A stretch of 64,000 nucleotides of DNA. Origin: Candidatus Wildermuthbacteria bacterium (GTDB lineage: Bacteria > Patescibacteriota > Minisyncoccia > Minisyncoccales > UBA10102). The translations under genes and the position numbers were made by a program. The notes beneath the pieces are model-generated. The model saw nothing but the letters and a program-made list of their open reading frames with translations. It was not told the origin of the DNA and searched no databases. The stretch's first letter is position 1; each line of letters starts with the position of its first letter. This document shows positions 35,957 to 44,115 of the stretch, piece by piece. Location: the NCBI GenBank assembly GCA_016186115.1, contig JACPMK010000002.1, positions 8,983 to 72,982 of the forward strand. Direction: 5' to 3'.

Positions 35957-37417
35957 TTATATTGCTGTAAGTTTTTGTTGTGCTTCCTTGATGCGCTCAA
36001 GTGTTTTTTCTTTGCCCAATACCGTAGCAACTTCAAATGGGCCTGCCGAGGCCTGTTTTCCAGTTAGAGCCGTCCTTAAGGGCCAGAGAAGATATCCCCT
36101 GTCTTTTTCTTTTTCTGCTTCGCCAAGCAAAATGTTGGCAAGAGTATCTCGTTCCCAATCTTTTTCTGAAACTGCAGAAAGAATTGTTTCTAATTTTTCG
36201 AGCGCTTCTTTTGTCTTTCGTGGAGTAGAGTTTTTCCACGTCAAAAGTTCTTTGGGGTAATCCAATTGCTCAACAAAGAAATAATCAGCGAGGGCTGCAA
36301 TTTCAGAAAGATTTTGCATACGCTCTTGATACAGCGCGATAATTTGTTCAAGTTTTTTTATTTCAAGTCCGGTTTGGGGAAGATATGGCATAACAAGTTG
36401 CGTCAATTCGGAAGGCGACTTTTTGCGAATATAGGAGGCATTGAGCCAATTGAGCCGCTTTTCATTGAAAACCGCTCCTGCTTTTTGAACGCGTTCCAAA
36501 GAGAATTCCTTTATTAATTCCTCAATGGAGAAAATTTCTTCTTCTGTTCCGGGATTCCAGCCAAGGAGGGCAAGAAAATTAATCACAGCTTCAGGGAGAT
36601 ACCCTTGTGTACGATAGCGCGCGACCGATTGATCGCCATGGCGTTTGCTCAATTTTGTACGATCTTCTCCGAGCAGCAACGGCAAGTGGGCGTACAGAGG
36701 CCGGGGAAGTCCAAGGGCTTCCTGAAGCAGAATTTGTTTTGGGGTATTGGGAATATGATCCTCTCCCCTGATCACGTGAGTGATGTTCATTTCGTAGTCG
36801 TCTACCACGACAGAAAAATTATAGAGCGGCGTCTCTAAATCCTTTGCAATGACAATATCCCCGAGCAATTCGGTATCGAAAGAAATTTTTCCGCGAATGA
36901 GATCATCAAAAGTTATTGTTTTTTTCTCTCCAATAAATCGAATAACTTTTGCTTCCCCCTTTTTCAAACGGCTTTCGCATTCTTCTTTGCCAAGACCTCG
37001 GCATTTGCCCGTATAATGCGGTATCACTCCCCTGCTCAATTGATCTTGTCGGATTGCCTCGAGTTCTTCCGGTTTGCAAAAGCAATAGTATGCTTTCCCC
37101 TGCTCCAGCAATTGCTCCAGATATTTTTTGTATATTGCTGTACGTTCACTCTGGCGGTAAAATTCATCCCATTGAAGGCCAAGCCATGAGAGATTTTCCG
37201 TGATATCTTTTTCCCATTCTGGTTTTGATCGCGCTTTATCGGTATCTTCGATGCGCAAGATAAAAATCCCCTTCTCTTTTTTTGAGAAAAGATAATTGAA
37301 TAGCGCAGTGCGTACGCCTCCCATGTGCAAGGGGCCGGTGGGAGAAGGCGCGTAGCGCGTGCGAATTTGTTTCTGCGTGTTTTGCATAGATATGCCCGAC
37401 TCTTTGATCACATTCAA
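35957..37417 (-). CDS. gltX: glutamyl-tRNA synthetase
   Basis: Class I motifs PSPTGPLHMGG (HIGH-like) and KLSKR (KMSKS). An alternative start at 37387 (MQNTQKQIRTRYAPSPTG) is plausible. Confidence 0.92.
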   Translation of the reverse strand: MNVIKESGISMQNTQKQIRTRYAPSPTGPLHMGGVRTALFNYLFSKKEKGIFILRIEDTDKARSKPEWEKDITENLSWLGLQWDEFYRQSERTAIYKKYLEQLLEQGKAYYCFCKPEELEAIRQDQLSRGVIPHYTGKCRGLGKEECESRLKKGEAKVIRFIGEKKTITFDDLIRGKISFDTELLGDIVIAKDLETPLYNFSVVVDDYEMNITHVIRGEDHIPNTPKQILLQEALGLPRPLYAHLPLLLGEDRTKLSKRHGDQSVARYRTQGYLPEAVINFLALLGWNPGTEEEIFSIEELIKEFSLERVQKAGAVFNEKRLNWLNASYIRKKSPSELTQLVMPYLPQTGLEIKKLEQIIALYQERMQNLSEIAALADYFFVEQLDYPKELLTWKNSTPRKTKEALEKLETILSAVSEKDWERDTLANILLGEAEKEKDRGYLLWPLRTALTGKQASAGPFEVATVLGKEKTLERIKEAQQKLTAI

Positions 37418-37420
37418 ACA

Positions 37421-38545
37421 CTATTTCTTTAAGTATTCAAGAATATAAGTTGCGATAATGCGAGCGGCGTTGGGACGGGCAAATTCTTGCGCTGCTTGCG
37501 ACATTGCGCTCGAAATTTTTGGAGAGGAAAGCACAGTTCGGATTTTTTCCCAGAAAAAATGAGGCGTAAGATTGCTTTCTTCTAGAACGATTGCAGCTCC
37601 TGTTTTGCCATAAGAGTACGCGTTTTTCAGCTGATGGGCTTGGGCGGCTTCCGGCAGAGGAATGAGCAAACTCGGTTTCCCGAGTGCCGCGATTTCAAAA
37701 ATGGATCCCGAACCGGCTCTACTTATGATAAAATCAGCAGCAGCATAGGCATGGCGCAGCTCCGTCTCTTTTAAGAATGGAACGGGGTGATAGTATTCTT
37801 GTTGCTCTTTGGAGAGCATAACCATTGCCTCTGTTTTCACCTGCTGGAAATTTTTTTCTCCTGTTTGATGGATAGTCTCAACCGATTTTGTCATTTCTCC
37901 TATGATCTGCAAGAGAATATCATTGATTCTTTGCGCCCCTTGCGAGCCCCCCACTATAAGAAGAATAGGCCTCCCGCCCTGTAAATGGAATATGCTGGCT
38001 GCTTCTTTGGGAGAGCCAGTAAGAATTTCTTTTCGAATAGGGTTGCCTACCAGTATGATTTTCTTTTTGGAAATTTGCTCGGTATAGGGAAAGGAAGCAA
38101 AAATTTCTACTGCGAATCTTCCTGCGATTTGGTTGGCAAGACCCGGCGCAACGTCTGATTCATGGAGAAAGATAGGGATCCGTAGGATCCACCCCGCAAT
38201 TGTCACCGGCAACGCTCCGTACCCTCCTTTGCTTAGGATGACATCGGGTGCAATGAAAAAGAGTTTCCAGAATGCAACGAGAATCCCGGCAGGTATTTTG
38301 AGTGTTACATCAAAAATATTCTGTAAGACGCTTTGCGGATTCCAATACCTGCGGAGTTTGCCCGAAAGGATTGAAGAGACGCTTACTCCTTCCTGAAGAA
38401 AAAGCATGCGGGAAAACTGATCATCGGGACCCAGGTAGAACATTTGCAAAGTGTTTAGAGGCGATGATCTTCGTAGTTCTCTTGCGACCGCGATTAAAGG
38501 AAGAATATGGCCTCCGGTACCGCCGCCCGTGAATACAATTTTCAT
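37421..38545 (-). CDS. murG: UDP-GlcNAc:undecaprenyl-PP-MurNAc-pentapeptide GlcNAc transferase MurG
   Basis: 374 aa. N-terminal GGGTGGHILP motif and GT28 architecture. 4-nt overlap with the ftsW stop. Confidence 0.92.
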   Translation of the reverse strand: MKIVFTGGGTGGHILPLIAVARELRRSSPLNTLQMFYLGPDDQFSRMLFLQEGVSVSSILSGKLRRYWNPQSVLQNIFDVTLKIPAGILVAFWKLFFIAPDVILSKGGYGALPVTIAGWILRIPIFLHESDVAPGLANQIAGRFAVEIFASFPYTEQISKKKIILVGNPIRKEILTGSPKEAASIFHLQGGRPILLIVGGSQGAQRINDILLQIIGEMTKSVETIHQTGEKNFQQVKTEAMVMLSKEQQEYYHPVPFLKETELRHAYAAADFIISRAGSGSIFEIAALGKPSLLIPLPEAAQAHQLKNAYSYGKTGAAIVLEESNLTPHFFWEKIRTVLSSPKISSAMSQAAQEFARPNAARIIATYILEYLKK

Positions 38546-39654
38546 ACTGTTTTTTGTTTGGATATATTAAGCAAAATTCCAAGAGCAATCAACTCGGTCA
38601 CGAGCGCTGACCCCCCATAGCTTATAAATGGAAGCGGAATCCCGGTCATGGGCAGAAGACGGATCATGGCCCCGATATTGATGAATGCCTGTAGCGTGAT
38701 CCACCATACGATCCCTGTGGCGACAAGGCCCGAAAACTGGTCGGGAGCCCTTCTTGCCACCACAAACCCTCTCCAGCAAAACGCAAGAAAAAGCGCGATT
38801 AGGAGGAATGCCCCAGCGAATCCTGTCTCTTCGGCAAAGATCGCAAAAATAGAATCAGAGATTGGTTCGGGCAGAGTGCCAAATTTTTGAAAACTTAATC
38901 CCAGTCCAACTCCTGTCAATCCCCCCGAGCCAATGCCGATAAGAGCTTGTTTGATCTGGTACCCCTTTCCTAGCGGGTCTAAACTTGGATTAAGAAATAC
39001 AAGAAATCTGCTTAATCGATAGGGCGCAATCTGAACAAGAAAGAACAGGGCGGCTGTGCCCGTGGCGATCATCGAAAGCGTGTGCCATAAAGGAGTGGAG
39101 GCAAGGAAGTACATCGCGAGCCCTATCATAATAATAATTCCGAGCGTGCTTAGATCGGGCTGGAGAATAAGGAGGATTCCCATCACTCCGAGAATTCCCA
39201 AAAAGGGCAGGAGGAGTTCTTTCAATGCTCTTTGGGTTTTTATACCATTTTTTGCGCCAGTGGATCTTGATGTAAGAAAAGCAGCAACGTAAAGAATGGC
39301 AATAAACTTAATCAATTCCGAGGGTTGAATTGAAATGGGCCCCACAAAGATCCAGCGATGCGCTCCTCCCAAGTTTGACCCGACCCCCGGAATGAATACC
39401 ATGCCCAAAAGAATAATACCAATGCAAAGTAGAGCAAAACTCCATCGTTTAAGGAAAGACAGGGGGAAAAAGAAGGCAATGGTGCCGAGCAAAACGCCGG
39501 GCAAAACTCCAAAAAGAAGTTGATGATTAAGATAGTAAAAAGTGCTTCCGGTGCGCGAAATGGAAAACGATGCCGAGACGCTTGCGAGAATAAGAATTCC
39601 CAAAAACAGAAGCGCTGCACAAATACTCAAAAGAATGAAATCCGGTTTTCTCAT
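38542..39654 (-). CDS. ftsW: SEDS-family peptidoglycan polymerase FtsW/RodA
   Basis: 370 aa, ~10 TM segments. SEDS landmarks IQPSELIKF and GxGxSxQK-like (GLGLSFQKF). Confidence 0.88.
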   Translation of the reverse strand: MRKPDFILLSICAALLFLGILILASVSASFSISRTGSTFYYLNHQLLFGVLPGVLLGTIAFFFPLSFLKRWSFALLCIGIILLGMVFIPGVGSNLGGAHRWIFVGPISIQPSELIKFIAILYVAAFLTSRSTGAKNGIKTQRALKELLLPFLGILGVMGILLILQPDLSTLGIIIMIGLAMYFLASTPLWHTLSMIATGTAALFFLVQIAPYRLSRFLVFLNPSLDPLGKGYQIKQALIGIGSGGLTGVGLGLSFQKFGTLPEPISDSIFAIFAEETGFAGAFLLIALFLAFCWRGFVVARRAPDQFSGLVATGIVWWITLQAFINIGAMIRLLPMTGIPLPFISYGGSALVTELIALGILLNISKQKTV

Positions 39655-39690
39655 GATTATTGTAGTGTATCATACTGCAGAGTGTTTCTC

Positions 39691-39820
39691 CAAAAGAAAA
39701 GGACCACTCAAGTGAGAGTGGCCTTTTTTATATGTGAGAAGGTGCTGTATCTGTTGAACTCTCGATAGGAGTGTCTCTACCCGAGACCAGGGGCTCAAAA
39801 ATTGAGAGCCGCAACAGCGT
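39691..39820 (-). ncRNA. candidate transcription-attenuator leader or small RNA between mraY and ftsW
   Basis: Lies downstream of the minus-strand promoter at 39827-39855. Internal rod: CUGUUG..CUCUC ... GAGAG..CAACAG. The terminator hairpin GGCCACUC-(loop)-GAGUGG(U)CC followed by UUUUCUUUU ends 36 nt before the ftsW ATG. Confidence 0.4.
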
Positions 39821-39826
39821 ATTTCT

Positions 39827-39855
39827 ATTATATTGGAGTCAAACAGAGCAGTCAA
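39827..39855 (-). promoter_or_regulatory. sigma70-like promoter (TTGACT-17-TATAAT) on the minus strand
   Basis: The minus-strand TTGACT is the plus-strand AGTCAA at 39850-39855. The minus-strand TATAAT is the plus-strand ATTATA at 39827-39832. The spacer is exactly 17 nt. Confidence 0.6.
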
Positions 39856-39882
39856 CATTTTGTTTTCCACATGGGATACGGG

Positions 39883-40995
39883 TTAGTGAGAGCTTAGCCA
39901 GATTGCTATGGCAGAAAAAATGCCAGCAAGAGTCCAGGCATACATCACAATGCGGGCTTCATCCCATCCTTTCATTTCAAAATGGTGATGCAGAGGAGCC
40001 ATGGCAAAAAGCCGTCTTCCAAAGAGTACGCGCCATGTCGTTTGCACCATTACCGAAGCAATTTCGATGAAAAATATTCCTCCGATAAGCGGCAAAAGCA
40101 CTACTCGATCAAGCGCAAATGCAATTGCCGTAAGTATAATCCCCAATCCCAGCGATGCCACGTCTCCCATCTGATATTTTGCAGGTTTGATATTGAATAA
40201 CAAATATCCAAGTAATGCTCCCATAATGGTTGCAATGAGAAAGGCGAGGTCCCTGCTCCCTTGTTGAATTGCGATAAAGAGATAGGATCCGAAAGCGAAA
40301 AGAAGGGTTCCGGCAGATAGCCCATCAATGCCATCGGTGATATTCACCGCATTTGCCATAAACATTACGAGAAAAATGATGATAGGAATAATAAAGAGCC
40401 CAACATCAATAAGTCCAATCCATGGAAGCCACAAGCTTGTCCATCCAAGCTTAAAGGAAAGCCACCAGGCAATAATAATTCCGATTAAAAACTGCACCAG
40501 AATTTTTTCATGTGCTTGAATACCATGCCCGGGATGAGATCCGAGCAGATAAAAGAATCGTTTGTAGCACTGCCATGGGAAGGTTATGACATACCACACA
40601 CGCATTTTTAATTCTTTATGCTTGCGGATTAACAATCCGATACGCCCCAAGGTGCGCACCGGCCTTGAACTTCTCGCAAAAATGTTCAATAAATCGTCAG
40701 CTCCTCCTAATAATGCGGAAAGAAGAAATACTCCGATTGGAACATAGGTTGTAGCGCGATGCCAATTGAAAAGCATGGTTAGAGCAGTGATCACCACTAC
40801 CAGAATCATTCCGCCCATAATGGGTGTCCCCTTTTTCATCAGGCGTCCCTCAATAAGAAATGAAAAATCGCGTTCGTCTTTTCTTACGACTCCAAATTTT
40901 TTCAGTAACCGAATAAGAAAAGGAGAACCCAAAATGGTAAGAAGAAGGGCAGAGGAAAAAAATATAAATACGGAGTCGCTAAAGGATAACTGCAT
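39883..40995 (-). CDS. mraY: phospho-N-acetylmuramoyl-pentapeptide transferase MraY
   Basis: 370 aa, polytopic. MraY signature NAVNITDGIDGL and C-terminal PLHHHFE. Confidence 0.93.
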   Translation of the reverse strand: MQLSFSDSVFIFFSSALLLTILGSPFLIRLLKKFGVVRKDERDFSFLIEGRLMKKGTPIMGGMILVVVITALTMLFNWHRATTYVPIGVFLLSALLGGADDLLNIFARSSRPVRTLGRIGLLIRKHKELKMRVWYVITFPWQCYKRFFYLLGSHPGHGIQAHEKILVQFLIGIIIAWWLSFKLGWTSLWLPWIGLIDVGLFIIPIIIFLVMFMANAVNITDGIDGLSAGTLLFAFGSYLFIAIQQGSRDLAFLIATIMGALLGYLLFNIKPAKYQMGDVASLGLGIILTAIAFALDRVVLLPLIGGIFFIEIASVMVQTTWRVLFGRRLFAMAPLHHHFEMKGWDEARIVMYAWTLAGIFSAIAIWLSSH

Positions 40996-40998
40996 ATG

Positions 40999-41820
40999 CT
41001 AAGGGTGAGAAAGAAATAAGGGGTGATAAAGCTCCGGCTTTCCTAGGCGCAGGGTAGTGTGCCCGGTATCTGGAAATTCCTGCCATTCTTGCTGTTCTAA
41101 TGGATTTTGCATCTCGCGGATAGCAATTATTCCATTTTTTATGCCGAATCCATTATTTTCTCTCACGGATTGAGCGTAAAAAATGCGTATCGGATCCTTG
41201 TTTTCATTATATTCTACCCGAGTAGTTAGAAGCGCATGATCAATTTCTGCGTTTGTATCAGCTCTATCTGCTATGTACTGAAAACGGATTAAGTCACCTG
41301 GTCGGATTTCTCTCACATCTCGGAACTTTTTTGCATTTGGTTCATTGGTAAGAGTTTCAATATCAATATGAGTAAATGGGCGGAAAAAAGCAGCAATTCT
41401 CCCTGCCGCGCCCCTATGAGGAAATCGTAAAACCTGATATATCCGTTTTCCATTTATCTGTTTAAGCCATGCATCGAAAACATGGGCAATAAAGCCCGAG
41501 CAATCAATGCCAAGCTTACGCTTCCTCATAATATCTCGTATTTCTTCTTCTTGCATAAGGGAAAAATTTCTCCCCTCGAGCTTTTCTATCATATGGATCT
41601 CATCGGCAATTTCTTTTGGAGATCCCTTTCCAGAAAAGGCATTAAGACCCCATCGTTCTCTTCCGCTTCTTGGATTACGGTAATATGGGCAACGAATTCG
41701 TTTTTCTGCTTTAATAGGAAGATACTCGTATTGCTCGATTACTTTTTGAGCCGCAACGGGTATATCGGATATATTTTTATCTGTTGTAATCATAGTATTG
41801 AATACGAAAAAGTTCTTCAT
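40999..41820 (-). CDS. NlpC/P60-family cysteine peptidase/amidase-like protein
   Basis: 273 aa. Catalytic Cys context GIDCSGFIAHVF, downstream IRPGDLI and the His in EIDHALL. No signal peptide is evident. Stop lies 4 nt before the mraY start. Confidence 0.65.
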   Translation of the reverse strand: MKNFFVFNTMITTDKNISDIPVAAQKVIEQYEYLPIKAEKRIRCPYYRNPRSGRERWGLNAFSGKGSPKEIADEIHMIEKLEGRNFSLMQEEEIRDIMRKRKLGIDCSGFIAHVFDAWLKQINGKRIYQVLRFPHRGAAGRIAAFFRPFTHIDIETLTNEPNAKKFRDVREIRPGDLIRFQYIADRADTNAEIDHALLTTRVEYNENKDPIRIFYAQSVRENNGFGIKNGIIAIREMQNPLEQQEWQEFPDTGHTTLRLGKPELYHPLFLSHP

Positions 41821-42988
41821 TCTCCCCTACTTTTTTCATGCGGCTGGGCAAGACATTGGGAACATTGGGAAATAAAATTGTGTTTGCAAGTATTTCTTTT
41901 TCTGATTTATTACGGTAGAGAATTTGATATGCTGGAAACGGCAGCAGCAAAGGAGGATGGAGTTCCTCATCCGGAATAAATCCATTGTTCCTCATCATAT
42001 CATGAATCCAGATGAAAAAAAGAGGCAACTTCCCTATTTTCCAGTGAAGTTTTGCTTCAAAGGAAATACTTGCCGGCTGATGGGTATTCACCTCAATAAA
42101 GTATACTTTTTTTGTTTTTTGCCCTACTAATACATCAATGCCAAACAATCCGATATACCCCTCTTGATGCATTTTTTGTCCTACTTTCTCCAAAATAAGC
42201 TGAATTTGTTCTTGTTGGCTTGAAGTGAGATTTTCTGCCGGTTTTTGGAAATCATTCCCTACCGTAGCAAGAGGATTATTGGTTGCTTCTTTCAAGCCCG
42301 TAAGCTGCATGCTTATTGAGCCGTGATAAACAGAGCCATTTTTTGCGACCAATCCATTCAGAGTATAGCTTTCTCCATGCAGAAATGGCGAAACCCGTAC
42401 TTGCCGTTCTGGAAATTTCTCAATGAGCGGTTTTATATCTTGGAGAGAATGGATGAGAAGTGTTCCGCCTCCGCTGTGTCCAATATTAAACTGTGCTATA
42501 ACCGGATATTGTTTCGCTCGTATTTTCGAAGGAAATTGTTTTAATGAAAAAATTTTTGTAGGAACAAATGGAACAGCCGTGTGCAATTTTTCGTATTGGC
42601 TCAATTTATTTTCAAAAATTGTGGCGATTTCTGCTTTTGGAGTCCATAAATTCCAACCCTTCTTTTCGCATAGGTCTTCTATTAATTGCGATGTTTTTAA
42701 AACAATAATCGCTACCGGATTTTTCTTTTCCTCTTGCTGAATATATTTTTGTACAGCAGGAAATTGAAGCATTCCGTAACTCCCCCTTTCTAAGATCCTA
42801 TCGAGTTCCTTTTTTTCTAAATGTTCTTCGAGAATAAAAAGAGGAGTTCCTTGAGAATGAAGTTCTTCTGTAAGTTTGCTTTTGTAGGGGCAAATAACGT
42901 GATAGTTTGGTATCACGCTTTCTGTGCCCGTAGCCCGTTCAGGATCAAGCGCCACATAGAAAATTGTATACGAATTTTCTTTTTGCAT
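41777..42988 (-). CDS. ATP-grasp fold ligase, unknown specificity
   Basis: 403 aa. The central and C-terminal ATP-grasp pattern (YPVIAQFNIGHSGGGT..., GYIGLFGIDVLV...KVYFIEVNTHQP) is present. It lacks the Ddl N-terminal GEDG motif. Confidence 0.65.
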   Translation of the reverse strand: MQKENSYTIFYVALDPERATGTESVIPNYHVICPYKSKLTEELHSQGTPLFILEEHLEKKELDRILERGSYGMLQFPAVQKYIQQEEKKNPVAIIVLKTSQLIEDLCEKKGWNLWTPKAEIATIFENKLSQYEKLHTAVPFVPTKIFSLKQFPSKIRAKQYPVIAQFNIGHSGGGTLLIHSLQDIKPLIEKFPERQVRVSPFLHGESYTLNGLVAKNGSVYHGSISMQLTGLKEATNNPLATVGNDFQKPAENLTSSQQEQIQLILEKVGQKMHQEGYIGLFGIDVLVGQKTKKVYFIEVNTHQPASISFEAKLHWKIGKLPLFFIWIHDMMRNNGFIPDEELHPPLLLPFPAYQILYRNKSEKEILANTILFPNVPNVLPSRMKKVGENEELFRIQYYDYNR

Positions 42989-42994
42989 TATATA

Positions 42995-43927
42995 TTAATT
43001 TGTTGCGATGCAAATTGTTTTTGCGTTTCGATGTTGCGGATGAATTGTGCGATGTTTCTGAACTGCGGCGAAGGTAAGTAAGCTTTCCGGGCCGAACTTT
43101 CTGGAAGGATTTTCTATCGCTTGTTCCGTGGTAGAGAGTTCTTGCTTTGAAATTATGTATCCCCCGCCCTTCGTATTATTGAGAATATGGAGAATTTCAT
43201 TCTTTCGGTGCGCAATGCGATCGATAACCGCTCTTGCTGGGTGCTCTTTTTCGGGTGTAAATTCTTTGTCAAAAATCTCGGCAATGGGATGAACCATAGT
43301 GGTTTGCACGCAATAAATGCGCGGAATTTGGATGTTCTGCTGTTCCAAAATTTTATAGCCAGCATAGAGGCCAGCAATGGTCGCGCCGGAAGATGTTGGG
43401 ACAAAGATTTCTTCGACCTCGCCATACTCTTTTGCAAGCTCGAAAGCAAGGGTTTTGTATCCTTCGATTGCCAAGGAGTCAACTGATGCGCGAAGGTATG
43501 GAATATGATGATTTTTGCTCCATTGGAACGCTTCTTTTTTTGGGGTGTTGCTTTGGTGCAGAATGCTGATGGGAAATTGTTTGAGATATCGAAGTCGATC
43601 TTCTGGGAAATCTTTACGGACAAATATATGGAGTTTTATGCTTGCCAGTTTGCAATAATACGCAGCAGATTTTGCGGCGCTTCCCGATGAAGATATCACA
43701 AGTTCGGGAGTGTCTTGCATATGCCAATACGAAACCCAATACTGAAAAGAGCGATCTTTGTGCGTTGCAGTGGGGTTGGCGCTCTCATCTTTAATCCAGA
43801 TGTTTTCTCGTTCCCCCTTTGACGCGGTATAGTTTAGTTGATAGAGTGGAGTTGGGCGTATGATTCCGGAGAGTTGGAATTTCTCTGGAATAGGGGTCGA
43901 AAAATAATTGTTATATTCCCAAAACAT
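42995..43927 (-). CDS. fold-type II (PALP, Trp-synthase-beta-like) PLP-dependent enzyme
   Basis: 310 aa. PLP-lysine motif ESANPTATHKDR (compare NPTGSFKDR) and a glycine-rich phosphate loop (PTSSGATIAGL). Confidence 0.7.
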   Translation of the reverse strand: MFWEYNNYFSTPIPEKFQLSGIIRPTPLYQLNYTASKGERENIWIKDESANPTATHKDRSFQYWVSYWHMQDTPELVISSSGSAAKSAAYYCKLASIKLHIFVRKDFPEDRLRYLKQFPISILHQSNTPKKEAFQWSKNHHIPYLRASVDSLAIEGYKTLAFELAKEYGEVEEIFVPTSSGATIAGLYAGYKILEQQNIQIPRIYCVQTTMVHPIAEIFDKEFTPEKEHPARAVIDRIAHRKNEILHILNNTKGGGYIISKQELSTTEQAIENPSRKFGPESLLTFAAVQKHRTIHPQHRNAKTICIATN

Positions 43928-43929
43928 AT

Positions 43930-44115
43930 ATGGCAGAGGAAAAGAAACAAATTGATGTTCAGTGTCTTGAATGCAAAAATATCAATAAACTGTCTGAAGA
44001 CGATGCCAAGGTTGGACGGTGGTTTGAATGCAAATTCTGCGGAACAACCTACGAGATTACGGGAGTAAAGCCGGATGGTTCGTTGGAGTTGCACCCGATC
44101 GAAGAAGAGAAATAG
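43930..44115 (+). CDS. LysW/ArgW-like zinc-ribbon protein (putative amino-group carrier protein)
   Basis: 61 aa. CLEC-X20-CKFCG followed by TYEITGVKPDGSLELHPIEEEK, that is, a zinc ribbon plus an acidic tail as in LysW. Its start codon lies 2 nt from the divergent PLP gene's start. It overlaps the tail of the Mur ligase ORF antisense by 59 nt. No SD. Confidence 0.5.
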   Translation: MAEEKKQIDVQCLECKNINKLSEDDAKVGRWFECKFCGTTYEITGVKPDGSLELHPIEEEK

